Below are positions 21,450 through 31,480 of a stretch of 64,000 nt of DNA, piece after piece. Source of the stretch: an uncultured delta proteobacterium (GTDB lineage Bacteria; Desulfobacterota; Desulfomonilia; Desulfomonilales; Desulfomonilaceae); NCBI GenBank assembly GCA_963789265.1, contig CAWBKB010000003.1, positions 1,088,001 to 1,152,000 of the forward strand, read 5' to 3'. Made by a program: the position numbers and the translations under genes. Position 1 is the stretch's first letter, and each line of letters starts with the position of its first letter. The notes beneath the pieces are model-generated. The model was given only the letters and a program-made list of their open reading frames with translations, had not been told where the DNA came from and did not search any database.

Positions 21450-22478
21450 TCAATGCGGTTCGCTATAGCACTTATCTTCTTGGCTTATTTGGATTACGGC
21501 GCCGCGAGCGGCTATTGATTGCTCCACCAGCGTTAGAGCTTGCATAGCTCTCAGGCCTCTCAGCCCATCCACCAGCGGAGGATTCCCTTCCCGGATAGCT
21601 AAGACGAAGTCCTCGATCTCACGCCGCAGCGGCTCTTCATACGGCACGGAAATCTCTTCTTTATCAACGTTTCCCATCATGCACAGATTGTTTTCCATTG
21701 GGGAAAGTTGATCCGCCGTGTATATTGTGAGGGAACAGGCGAGCGTGTCGGCTATTAGGCAGCGCCTGGGCGTGCTGACGGTCAAAGTACGGATCTTCAT
21801 AGGGGAGCATTTTCCGGTCCAAAAGATTCCCGCGACACCGTTCCCGAATTCAATTCGTGTGTGGGCGACATCAGTTTTCTGCGAAAAAACCGGACGGCCT
21901 ACTGCGGACACGTTGAGAACTGAAGAGCCTGCTATTTCCTGGGCAAGGTCGATATCGTGAATCAGCAAATCATAGAGCACGTCAACATCAATGCAGCGGG
22001 AGCCGTCGAAGGGAGCCAGCCTTCGAGCGTCGATTGAAATGATCTCTTCCGGTTCCCGGCGAAGAACCTCTATGAGTTTATCCACAGCAGGATTGTACCG
22101 TTCGACATGTCCTACCATGAGTACCAGGCCGGCCTTCCGTGAAAGATCCACCAGCCGAGCGGCGGCTTCCACATCATGGGCGAGCGGTTTCTCCATCAAC
22201 ACGTGGATCCCCCGGCCCAAACATTTCTCTCCAATTTCGTAGTGCGTTGATGTGGGAGCCGCCACAATTACCGCGTCACTCTGGTTCAGCAATTCGTCAA
22301 GCGTATCAAAACATTCGCAACCGTGCCTGTCGCAAATTTCTGCGGATCTTACCGGATCGGGGTCGTGAAACCCTGCCAGGTTCACATCCGAAGTCTGGGA
22401 AATGATGCGAACGTGGTGTTGCCCCATAGTCCCGACACCAACGACGCCAACTCGCAAATTCCTATCTGCATTCTTCAT
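21450..22478 (-). CDS. Gfo/Idh/MocA family oxidoreductase
   Basis: GVGTMG, EKP, GHVERYNP, DLLIHDID. Confidence 0.92.
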   Translation of the reverse strand: MKNADRNLRVGVVGVGTMGQHHVRIISQTSDVNLAGFHDPDPVRSAEICDRHGCECFDTLDELLNQSDAVIVAAPTSTHYEIGEKCLGRGIHVLMEKPLAHDVEAAARLVDLSRKAGLVLMVGHVERYNPAVDKLIEVLRREPEEIISIDARRLAPFDGSRCIDVDVLYDLLIHDIDLAQEIAGSSVLNVSAVGRPVFSQKTDVAHTRIEFGNGVAGIFWTGKCSPMKIRTLTVSTPRRCLIADTLACSLTIYTADQLSPMENNLCMMGNVDKEEISVPYEEPLRREIEDFVLAIREGNPPLVDGLRGLRAMQALTLVEQSIAARGAVIQISQEDKCYSEPH

Positions 22479-22651
22479 GAGCGTGGAAGATACACCGCCG
22501 GCATAGTTTCGTCAAAGGGCACATCTATTTCCAATTCGAGTTCAGATAAGCCCTCGCAAGAGCCTACCTAAATCATCGTGCAGTCATCCGAATTATGGGA
22601 GCCGACCTGCCGGATTGAGCCGCCCTCGCCGGTAAGCCGGACCCGAAAGAA

Positions 22652-23836
22652 TCATTCAAAGCGCATAGCGCTCACCGAATCCAGCCTGCTCGCTCTGATC
22701 GATGGATATAGTCCTGAAAGCACCCCAAGAAAAAAGGTAAATATAAGACCTCCGATGATGCTCACAGTCATCATCAAAGGAGAGACCTCCACCCCCAGTG
22801 GCGTCTTCAAGAACTGGACGGACAGAGCCCCACCGACGGCACCGATTATGCCCGCAAAAAGACTTATGAAAATCGCCTCGGTGAGAAACTGAACCATGAT
22901 AAACTCTTCTCGGGCCCCAAGGGCCTTGCGGAGACCTATCTCTCGGGTTCGATCCCGCACCGCGGCAAGCATGACATTCGTTATGCCAAGGCCACCAAGA
23001 ATTATAGTTATACCAAGCGCGGAATAGACTAAGAGCTTGACGATATAAACCGTTCCCTTTACTTTCTTGATGCGCTCAGGGTAGTGGACGACACGAATTC
23101 CCGCTTCGTAACCTTTGTGCGATCCCTTGAGTGCCCGAAGGGCCTCATCGCGGACGGGCTCCACCGCATTCCAATCATCTACTCTCAGGTATATCTCCCT
23201 GATCCATAGTAGGCCCTCAAATAGATCTCGGGCGGTTGAGATCGGGATAAAGACAGAACGGCGAATGTCTGAATTTTGAACTCCACCAAGAATCCCTATC
23301 ACTTGAAAGGACAAATTCCCAACGCGGATTGTCCGTCCGACAGGATTTGGATTATCGAACAGATACTTGACGACGTCTTGGCCTAGCACGCAAACGTTCT
23401 TCCTGCCCACTACATCCGATGGACCTATCAGACGCCCGTAAAGCAAAGTGGGGGTTTGAGTTCTCCAATACGATTGGTCAACGCCAAAGAGTCCGGGGCT
23501 CCATTCTGTGCTGCGAAAATAAGCGTCGATTTGAGGCAGCGAAACGATCGGTGCAACCGCCATCACATGGGGAAGGTGTTTCAGCTTTATGACATCCCTC
23601 TGGTAGTACTGACCCGGATGATAATTCTCATCATTTTGCCATTCCGCTTTCATGACGGTAGCTTCTCCGAGGAGTTCGAGGTGCTCGCCCATCCTCTTTT
23701 CTACCGAATGGCCCATGGTTTGAATAATTATGAATCCAGCGGTGCCGACGGCTATACCGGCCATTACCGCTTTGTAGCGGCGGCGGTTGCGCAACACAAG
23801 ACGCCAGCACATGGTCATGAGGTCATCGAATTTCAA
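22652..23836 (-). CDS. MacB/FtsX-family ABC permease
   Basis: GITNVML, RTREIGLRKALGA, QFLTEA, GLYPS.RASRLD. Confidence 0.9.
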   Translation of the reverse strand: MKFDDLMTMCWRLVLRNRRRYKAVMAGIAVGTAGFIIIQTMGHSVEKRMGEHLELLGEATVMKAEWQNDENYHPGQYYQRDVIKLKHLPHVMAVAPIVSLPQIDAYFRSTEWSPGLFGVDQSYWRTQTPTLLYGRLIGPSDVVGRKNVCVLGQDVVKYLFDNPNPVGRTIRVGNLSFQVIGILGGVQNSDIRRSVFIPISTARDLFEGLLWIREIYLRVDDWNAVEPVRDEALRALKGSHKGYEAGIRVVHYPERIKKVKGTVYIVKLLVYSALGITIILGGLGITNVMLAAVRDRTREIGLRKALGAREEFIMVQFLTEAIFISLFAGIIGAVGGALSVQFLKTPLGVEVSPLMMTVSIIGGLIFTFFLGVLSGLYPSIRASRLDSVSAMRFE

Positions 23837-23864
23837 GCTGTGAAGCTCCTCTGCCTAGAGCCTA

Positions 23865-24030
23865 ACTGTAGTGAGCTGCATCGAGATTCGCACCGTTCTC
23901 GCGATTTTGGAGCGGGACGCAGCGTGCAACGCCCCTACACGTTGATGTGCACGTGCTGCGTATGACGCAGGGCCAAGCGTGCAGTGCCCGGATGCGAAGC
24001 GCAGTCCACTACTGTGCAGTTCACTGTAGT
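23865..24030 (+). repeat. Long self-complementary element (structured RNA or REP/MITE mosaic)
   Basis: 23865-23880 pairs with 24015-24030 (16 bp, 3 G-U); internal hairpins; contains GCCCCTACA. Confidence 0.45.
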
Positions 24031-24532
24031 CTCCTTTATGGTTCCTTCAATAGTACACGATTTACTCGGAAATTCCAGCCCGACGGGGTACCGTTCATGA
24101 GCCGGACCCCACAGAAAAAAATGGAAACTGTCGTCCTTCAATTCGAGCTCAACCTGTTTAGGAGCCGAGTAGTTGATCAATTATTCTTTGATAAGAATTC
24201 AAAGAAGGTTGAAGACTTCAAAGGATTGATTGAGTGTCAGAGTGATTTTTTCTCGTTCCCAGTTAGGCGTTTCGCGGGATTGGGAACCAGAAATGTCTTT
24301 TCAACTGACTCATTATCGTCGTTTGATATTCTCGGACAGGTTCAACTTTTGTCTTGAATAAGAGGACCAAGACATGTGACGATAATGCTGGTGAGGACGT
24401 GAAGTTTGCCGGCTCTTTGCCATGTTGCTTCCGTATGTTCCTCCGATCCACTGAAGTGAAACGATCTAACACTGTAAACCCCTTCCGGACGTGTGGGGGT
24501 CTACGGCCCATTTAGCGCAGTTGCCAGGCATA

Positions 24533-25786
24533 ATGAAATTCAACGCCCTATCTCTGATCTTCGTAGCTGTTTACCTCTCCCAATTTCTCTTTTCGTTGTG
24601 GTTGGAGCGGCTGAATCGTAACCATCTCCAGAGATCGGGTAACGAAGTGCCCAGACCGTTCGAAGAAGTTGTTGATGCAGACACGCTCGCCCGCATCAAC
24701 GCGTATTCCGTAGATAAAAGTCGACTCTTTGAAATCCGGAAAATTACGGTCGACCTGACGCTTCTAGCAATCATCTTAACCGGCGTACTGCCGATCGCGG
24801 ACAGTTACTCCCTCAATCCGCAATTTCATTATATATGGGCCGGACTGGTTTTCTTCATAGCCGTAGGCGTACTGCTTTTCATGCTGGAGCTGCCTTTTGA
24901 CTATTACAACACTTTTGTAATCGAAGAAAAATATGGATTTAACAAATCAGACTTCAAGACATGGACCTTCGACAATCTAAAAGGAGAATTGTTGTCGGTG
25001 GTTTTTCTCGTGGTAGTTATGGCGCCACTCCTATGGACAATTCACTTGTCGCCGAACTATTGGTGGTTGTGGGGCTTCATCATTATTGCCTCAGTCCAAT
25101 TCATTGTTGTGGTTATCTATCCAGTGCTTATAGCGCCGCTATTCAACAAGTTCGAGCCGCTGGAAGACAGAGAGCTCGTTGCAGCAGTGGAAAAGCTTGT
25201 GAAAAGTGTAGGAATGCGGTCCGGTGGCATATTCAAAATGGATGCAGGCCGAAGAAGCACTCATTCGAACGCCTATTTCACCGGCTTTGGCAAGACCAAA
25301 CGTATAGTGCTCTTTGATACACTTTTAGAACGCCACACTCATGACGAGATCCTGGCAGTGCTGGCACACGAATTGGGACACTTTAAGTTCAAGCATATCT
25401 GGCGGATTTACGCGGTCGGTCAGTTGGCCGCACTTGTGGGCCTCTACGTCTCCCATTTCATGCTGAAATGGGAGCTGCTGTATTCGACTTTCGGCCTCAA
25501 CCTCTCTCAATCGTATATCGCACTCTTTCTTATCGGTATATTCTGGCTCAAAATCAGTTTCTTTGTTAAGCCATTTTATGCGGCCACATCCAGACGCTTC
25601 GAGACGCAAGCAGACGCTTTTGCGGCAAACCTCCAAGAGAATCCTCAGAGTCTTGCCGCGGCTCTAAAGAGAATAGGCGCGCAGAATCTTTCTAATTTGA
25701 CACCTCATCCGTTTTATGTATGGTTCTATTATTCTCATCCACCTCTGCCGGAGAGGGTTGCGTTACTGGAAGATCGGAAGTACTGA
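24533..25786 (+). CDS. M48 family (Ste24-like) membrane metallopeptidase
   Basis: NAYFTGFG, KRIVLFDTL, HELGH, E.QADAFA, YSHPPL.ER. Confidence 0.94.
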   Translation: MKFNALSLIFVAVYLSQFLFSLWLERLNRNHLQRSGNEVPRPFEEVVDADTLARINAYSVDKSRLFEIRKITVDLTLLAIILTGVLPIADSYSLNPQFHYIWAGLVFFIAVGVLLFMLELPFDYYNTFVIEEKYGFNKSDFKTWTFDNLKGELLSVVFLVVVMAPLLWTIHLSPNYWWLWGFIIIASVQFIVVVIYPVLIAPLFNKFEPLEDRELVAAVEKLVKSVGMRSGGIFKMDAGRRSTHSNAYFTGFGKTKRIVLFDTLLERHTHDEILAVLAHELGHFKFKHIWRIYAVGQLAALVGLYVSHFMLKWELLYSTFGLNLSQSYIALFLIGIFWLKISFFVKPFYAATSRRFETQADAFAANLQENPQSLAAALKRIGAQNLSNLTPHPFYVWFYYSHPPLPERVALLEDRKY

Positions 25787-25936
25787 CTAACGCGGGGGTG
25801 ACCCATTTGTCAGAGGTCATGGTAATGCCTTGCCCCGAAGACAAACGGACTATTCGACACAACGCCCGCGCCCAATACGGCTCAATAACCGGTCCCGCGC
25901 CCCTGGGATCGGTCCTACCACGAGAGGTCTAGAAAA

Positions 25937-26590
25937 ATGGAAGCCTGGTGGCAGGGACTTTCAACGCTGACTCAAGTTTTCTTCCTGGGAGCGCTCTTTT
26001 TCTCGGTAATTTCAGCCGGTCAAGTGGTATCCATGTTGTTCGGCGTGGGGCACTTCCACGGACACCTGGATCATGCGGGAGGCTTGCACCATACGGATTT
26101 GTCTTCGCACCACTTAGGCTCATCTCCGGGGGGTGGGGGCCATTCGCATGTAGCACATCCTCATGAGGCTCACGGCGCCGAGAAATCTGCATTCACCTTT
26201 GTCTCCATGCGCTCGTTGATTACCTTCGGCACGCTATTTTGCTGGTCTGGGACCCTTTACTTGATGGGAGGCACCCATGCGGTCTGGGCGATAGGATTCA
26301 GCGTGGTATGGGGACTGCTCGGCATGTTAGTCGTTTCTTATCTGATGTACCGGCTGCTCAATTTGGAAGAAATCGGCAATATTGATCTTGGTACTGCACT
26401 GTTTGAAGAGGGCACGGTGTACATCGGCATCCCCTTGAATGGGACCGGCCAAGTCCGGATCATGGTCAGTGGGGTGGTCAGCTACGTCAAAGCGCGTTCC
26501 AAGACAGGGGAAGCAGTCAGTCGCGGAACAAAAGTGCGAGTTGTAGGAGTCTCCGACCAGAGTGTCATAGAGGTCGAGCCTGTAGAGTAA
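25937..26590 (+). CDS. NfeD-like flotillin partner with His-rich loop
   Basis: TM helices, C-terminal OB-fold pattern (GTVYIGIP..GTGQV...GTKVRVV); upstream of flotillin. Confidence 0.8.
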   Translation: MEAWWQGLSTLTQVFFLGALFFSVISAGQVVSMLFGVGHFHGHLDHAGGLHHTDLSSHHLGSSPGGGGHSHVAHPHEAHGAEKSAFTFVSMRSLITFGTLFCWSGTLYLMGGTHAVWAIGFSVVWGLLGMLVVSYLMYRLLNLEEIGNIDLGTALFEEGTVYIGIPLNGTGQVRIMVSGVVSYVKARSKTGEAVSRGTKVRVVGVSDQSVIEVEPVE

Positions 26591-26611
26591 AAAATCGAAA
26601 AGGAGATACGT

Positions 26612-28132
26612 ATGGGAACAGCGGTCATCTTAATCATAATTCTGGCCATCTTCGTGGCCGCAATTCTTCAGATGTTCATGAGTCGGTTCAAGCGCTGTCC
26701 GTCAAATAAGATTCTAGTGATCTATGGAAAGACCGGACAGGGCGTTGCCAAATGCGTACACGGCGGAGCAGCTTTCGTCTGGCCCGTCGTCCAGTCGTAC
26801 GATTGGCTGGATCTGGATCCCTTCGACATTACCTTGGAGCTAACCAGCGCGCTGTCTCATGAGAATATTCGAGTGACCGTGCCCACTACGGTCACTGCGG
26901 CGATAAGTACCGAAGAAGGGCTGATGCAAAACGCCGCGATCCGCCTCCTCGGCCGTAGCAGGGAGGAAGTTCAGAGGCTGGCTCAGGACATTATTCTGGG
27001 TCAGATGCGGGCTGTTATGGCAACCATGCGCATCGAAGAGATCAACCGTGACCGGATCTCATTTATGGCCAAGGTGAACGAGGCGGTGGCAATAGAAATC
27101 GAGAAAATCGGTCTTTCAGTCATAAACGTCAACATCAAGGACGTTGAGGACGAAAGCGGGTACATAAAGGCTCTGGGGCGCAAGGCGGCTGCTGAGGCCA
27201 TTAATCAGGCTATGATAGACGTAGCCGAACAGGATAAGATCGGGAAAATCGGAGTGGCCGAACGAGACCGCGATCAGCGTCGCGCGGTCGCTGGAGCGAC
27301 TGCGGAAGCGGCTGTTGGAGAAGCAGAGGCAGAATCGAATCGTCGTAAAGCGGTCGCAGCGGCCAACGCGTTGGCGGCGGTCGGCGAAGCACAGGCTGAG
27401 CGGGACCGCAGGCAGCAGACGTCATTGCTCGACGCCCAGGCCGTTGAGACCGAAACTACTGCAAATGCCAATAAGGCCGGCTACCATGCGAGCCAGAAGG
27501 TGGCCGAAGAAGAAGCGAGAAGCAAATCCCAATCAGCCGCGATGAAGGCAGACGGGGCTATACGAGTCGCTCAGGAAGAAGCCCAAAAAGCGGCCGAAGA
27601 GGCTCGTGCCCATCGGGAACAGGCGCGGCTTAATGCAGAGGTTGTCGTACCCGCGGAGGCTGCCAAACAAAAGGCGGTGGTAGAAGCTGAAGCGGAGCGA
27701 CAGCAGAAGATACTGGTGGCCCAGGGTGAGGCGGAAGCGGTGACGGTCAGGATGCAGGCCGAAGGCAAAGGGCAGCAGGCCATTCTTGACGGGAAAGCCG
27801 GGGGGTACAGATCGCTCGTCGCGGCGTGCGCGCAGGAACCCAGCCTTATGGCCGCGTTGCTACTCATCGAGAAGTTGGTGGACGTGGCTCGCATCCAGAC
27901 CGAAGCTGTGAAGAACCTGCCCATAGAAAAAATCATGGTCTGGGATGGCGGTGGGGACAGCGGTATGTCAAACTTGGGGCAGCGCATCATGGGCATACTC
28001 CCTCCCATGCACGAGTTGGCCAGGATGGCCGGCCTGGAGTTGCCCGAATTCCTTGGTAAGATCGAGTTCAAGAAGGAAGGATCGCCGGACGAGCCCCTCT
28101 CGGCATCACCGGAAAAGAAGAAAGATGATTGA
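26612..28132 (+). CDS. Flotillin / SPFH domain protein
   Basis: N-terminal TM, GGAAFVWPV, SPFH domain, Ala/Glu-rich coiled coil. Confidence 0.92.
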   Translation: MGTAVILIIILAIFVAAILQMFMSRFKRCPSNKILVIYGKTGQGVAKCVHGGAAFVWPVVQSYDWLDLDPFDITLELTSALSHENIRVTVPTTVTAAISTEEGLMQNAAIRLLGRSREEVQRLAQDIILGQMRAVMATMRIEEINRDRISFMAKVNEAVAIEIEKIGLSVINVNIKDVEDESGYIKALGRKAAAEAINQAMIDVAEQDKIGKIGVAERDRDQRRAVAGATAEAAVGEAEAESNRRKAVAAANALAAVGEAQAERDRRQQTSLLDAQAVETETTANANKAGYHASQKVAEEEARSKSQSAAMKADGAIRVAQEEAQKAAEEARAHREQARLNAEVVVPAEAAKQKAVVEAEAERQQKILVAQGEAEAVTVRMQAEGKGQQAILDGKAGGYRSLVAACAQEPSLMAALLLIEKLVDVARIQTEAVKNLPIEKIMVWDGGGDSGMSNLGQRIMGILPPMHELARMAGLELPEFLGKIEFKKEGSPDEPLSASPEKKKDD

Positions 28133-28201
28133 TGGGGGCAGCCTAGTGCTGATTACTCCGTTTCGCGAACACGGTGACGATAGGAACTCCCGTATGCAAG
28201 A

Positions 28202-28274
28202 AGATTGCTTCGCTGCGCTCGCAATGACAGATAGCGGGAATGTCATTGCGAGGAGTGAAACGACGAAGCAATCT
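28202..28274. repeat. REP-like palindrome; inverted copy of 31481-31557
   Basis: AGATTGCTTCGCTGCGCTCGCAATGACA-N11-TGTCATTGCGAGGAGTGAAACGACGAAGCAATCT. Confidence 0.85.
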
Positions 28275-28336
28275 CAATCGTGAAAATGTGTTACCGAACT
28301 TATGAAACATAACACTAAGGCAAATAGGAGAAACGT

Positions 28337-28846
28337 ATGCCCGCCAACGAGAAAGTGATCAAGATCTTCGAGTACGCGCTTAACCAGGAAAATACCGGCC
28401 TGAGCTTTTTTCAGCATTCGCTGGAGCGTTTGGGAATGGGCGCGGCCGTTACTGCGTTCAAGACCTTAATTCAAGAAGAACAAATGCATATCGCCTTCAT
28501 AACCCGAATTATCAGCGAACTTAAAGAGGATCGAGAACTTCAGCTCTCGAATATGAAAGACCTTGTTATGGAGCCAACGGACTATTTCGACGATCGCGCT
28601 CGGTCGGAGTTCCTCGAGAGGTGTATTGAGGGTTCCATGGTGCCCGATGTGACCGTTTTCAACACAGCCTGGCTCATCGAGAAGGACTTGAGCGAGTACT
28701 ACGCGGCAATGGCCGACCTAACGGAGGGGAAGGCTAAACAAGCTCTTACGATGCTCTCAAATTGGGAGAAGGAGCACGAAAAGTTCTTCCGGGAATTTCG
28801 CGACAGACTCTCTGATATTTATGCTCTAATGCCCTGGGGAGGATAA
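28337..28846 (+). CDS. Ferritin-like (rubrerythrin diiron domain) protein
   Basis: ALNQE...EEQMH...LIEKD...WEKEH: two E...ExxH modules; no rubredoxin domain. Confidence 0.85.
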   Translation: MPANEKVIKIFEYALNQENTGLSFFQHSLERLGMGAAVTAFKTLIQEEQMHIAFITRIISELKEDRELQLSNMKDLVMEPTDYFDDRARSEFLERCIEGSMVPDVTVFNTAWLIEKDLSEYYAAMADLTEGKAKQALTMLSNWEKEHEKFFREFRDRLSDIYALMPWGG

Positions 28847-29064
28847 TTATTTCGGGATCGCCGAAGATGCCACAGAGAGTGCAAAAACGGATCGCACAGG
28901 ACCGCAACAATCAGGAACGCAGCTAGTTAAAAGCATCGTTTTCCTCGCATCGCACGGTCGCAAATCCGAATGGACAATGTATCGACTAAGTTCAATGAAG
29001 AGAAAATACAATCCTCCGCGATCTCTGCGACCTCCGTGGTGAACGATTCCCATGAGGAACCGCG

Positions 29065-30579
29065 GTGACCAAATCCATCCTGGAATATCATGACCAGACC
29101 GCATACCGGCGACATGGCATGTCGGGGCATGGACTGGATTGGGGCACTCAGCCGGACGTGTTCAAAACTTATCCCGGCTTGGAAACGATTTGTTTGCCGG
29201 AGCCAACTCCCTGGCCGACAGATAATTTGTTCACACTCCTGGAACGAGACGTTGCTCATTCGACGCCCCTGGAGATCGACCACTATTGCCTGGCCCTAAT
29301 ACTTCGCCTTACGCACTCCTTGACTGCAAAGGCCCGGCATGGCGGCGTCGATTTCTTCTATCGCAGCGTGGCTTCCGCGGGAGCTCTTTACCCGTTCGAG
29401 CTGTACGTCGGCTTGGCGAACATCCCGGGCCTAAATAGCGGGCTTTACCACCACAGCGTTGCCAGTCAAGGTCTGACCCTATTGCGAGAAGGCAACGCCA
29501 ACCTCGCTCTGGACGGCGCGGTGAAAACCCGGCGGGACACGCCCCCCGGCCTGGTCTTTTTTCTCACTTCCATATTCTACAGAAGCTCCTGGAAATATCG
29601 CGATCGCGCCTATCGGTATCATCTGCTCGATACCGGCCATTTGGCGGAAAACCTAGCCTTAGCTCTCACAGCCGCGTCTGTCCCGTTTGAGGTTCATTAC
29701 GACTTTGCGGACGAATCCGTTAACAGCCTGTTAGGAGTGGACCCGACACTCGAGGCCTGCCTGGCGATAGTATGCGCATGGAATGAGACCAGTGGCCCGA
29801 GCGACTCGGTGGACCTGACCGAGCCTGAAATCGACCTGGCGGATGCGAGCCGTGTTGCGGCAAGAGAGGCCCACTATCCTTTTATTCAAGAATTTCATTC
29901 AGCTACTTCTCCCGTGGTCGAACCTCCCCGCGACGGGCCTCGAATGCTGCACAACTTGGGACCCATCGTTAAAGAAACTGGCAAAATTAACCGCGCGGAG
30001 AAATCGCCGGAGCTGATGAACTATTCTGAAGCGGTTCTCAAGAGACGGTCCATGCGGAACTTTGTGCGGGAAGAATTGCCCGCGGACTGCATGGCGGCTT
30101 TTTTGAAAAGCCTTTGTTATGAAACGGGAGCCAAGAGCCGCTCTCAGCCGACTGGTAGCGATGTGATTTCAGTAGGGCTCCTTGTCGGAAAAGCTGAGGG
30201 ATTCGCCCCTGGCTTCTATTTGCTTGACCGCCGCCATGAGTCGATAGGTCCGGTGTGCCAAGGTGATATGATGGATCGTATGGCGCTTGTCTGCCTGGAT
30301 CAGGCCTGGTTGGCCAATTGTGCGATTCATTTCTTGTTTATCAGTAACTTGAAGCTTCTCGAAGAGAGCCGTGGCCCGCGAGATTACCGCCATGCAATGC
30401 TGTCCGCGGGCCGTCTCGGGCAACTCATCTACTTGGCGGCTACATCTATGCGATTGGGATGCTGCGGAGTCGGAGCATTCTATGATGAAGAGGCGGTAGA
30501 ACTATGCGGGCTGAACGACCAATCGAGGCTGTTGTATCTTGTGGCTGTTGGCCCGGTCAAGAAATGGTCTGTGAAATAG
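29065..30579 (+). CDS. SagB/ThcOx-like protein with two nitroreductase-fold domains
   Basis: RSVASAGALYPFELY, RSSWKYRDRAYRY..LDTGH; second domain KRRSMRNF...AGRLGQLIYL...GCCGVGAFYD. Confidence 0.88.
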   Translation: MTKSILEYHDQTAYRRHGMSGHGLDWGTQPDVFKTYPGLETICLPEPTPWPTDNLFTLLERDVAHSTPLEIDHYCLALILRLTHSLTAKARHGGVDFFYRSVASAGALYPFELYVGLANIPGLNSGLYHHSVASQGLTLLREGNANLALDGAVKTRRDTPPGLVFFLTSIFYRSSWKYRDRAYRYHLLDTGHLAENLALALTAASVPFEVHYDFADESVNSLLGVDPTLEACLAIVCAWNETSGPSDSVDLTEPEIDLADASRVAAREAHYPFIQEFHSATSPVVEPPRDGPRMLHNLGPIVKETGKINRAEKSPELMNYSEAVLKRRSMRNFVREELPADCMAAFLKSLCYETGAKSRSQPTGSDVISVGLLVGKAEGFAPGFYLLDRRHESIGPVCQGDMMDRMALVCLDQAWLANCAIHFLFISNLKLLEESRGPRDYRHAMLSAGRLGQLIYLAATSMRLGCCGVGAFYDEEAVELCGLNDQSRLLYLVAVGPVKKWSVK

Positions 30580-30592
30580 AGAGGAGGCCGTC

Positions 30593-31435
30593 ATGGCATT
30601 CGCAACTCTAAAGAAGCTCTTTACGCCGGTGGAATCCATTGATGCCGATCAACTCAGAGCTTATTTAGCCGAACATAAAGAGGGAACTTTCACCCTGCTG
30701 GACGTTCGTCAACCGGGAGAATACAAGCAGGCTCATATTCCCGGTGCGAAACTGATCCCGATAGCGCAGTTGCCCGATCGAATGCGAGAACTTGACTCTG
30801 AAAAGCCGGTCATTGCGTACTGAGCGGTCGGCGGCCGGAGCCGAGTTGCGGCTCAATTGCTGTCAGGTCGCGGCTTTAGGGAGGTATATAACCTCAAGGG
30901 CGGAATAATGGGTTGGAATGGTCTGAAAGCCGAAGGCCCGATGGAACTGCATTTGGATATTGTGCGCGGTGATGAAACGCCGGCAGAGATCATTCGGCTG
31001 GCGTACGGGATGGAACACAGCTTGGGCGGTTTTTATCGTGCTGCAAAAACGAAAACCCTGGACGATGATCTCGCAGGCCTTTTGGAAAGGTTGATAACCG
31101 TCGAAGACAAGCACAAACAATATCTGTTCGAATTGTTCCAATCACTGGAGTCTTCCGGAATCAGCCTTGAAACCTTCGAGGCCGATGTTATACCCAAGGT
31201 CATGGAAGGCGGATTTGATACCGATGAATTCATGAAGCAAAACGAGATATTCCTGGATGACGTCCCTTCATTGCTGGATTTGTCCATGATGCTCGAAACT
31301 CAAGCCCTGGACTTGTATCTCCGCTTCGCGGACAAGAGTGAAAACCAGAAGACGAAAGAAGTTCTCTATCGCATAGGCGATGAGGAAAAGGCTCATCTGG
31401 CCGCGCTCGGCGACATGCGTGACAAGAGGTTGTAG
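30593..31435 (+). CDS. Selenocysteine-containing rhodanese fused to a ferritin-like domain (UGA at 30821-30823 read as Sec77; 280 aa)
   Basis: ORFs 30593-30823 and 30857-31435 are in frame; LLDVR..EY..HIPGA..VIAY-U-AVGGRS..VYNLKGG; C-terminal ExxH pairs. Confidence 0.9.
30838..30854 (+). promoter_or_regulatory. Bacterial SECIS-like hairpin
   Basis: GAGCCG-AGUUG-CGGCUC; loop begins ~20 nt after the UGA, G at loop position 2. Confidence 0.7.
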
Positions 31436-31480
31436 AAACTTTTTAAGTCCAAGGGAACGTTAAGAACACGGCACCGAAGA

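Noticed and set aside
23865..24030. 6S RNA
   Set aside because: Size and terminal pairing are suggestive, but no clear central bubble or usual zapA/ygfA context is seen, and it contains REP-like GTAG/CTAC motifs.
23935..24511. Short ORFs in the permease-M48 intergenic gap
   Set aside because: They overlap on both strands with no recognisable motif or convincing RBS.
29065..30579. Thiazole/oxazole RiPP biosynthetic cluster
   Set aside because: No YcaO cyclodehydratase, precursor peptide or dedicated exporter nearby.
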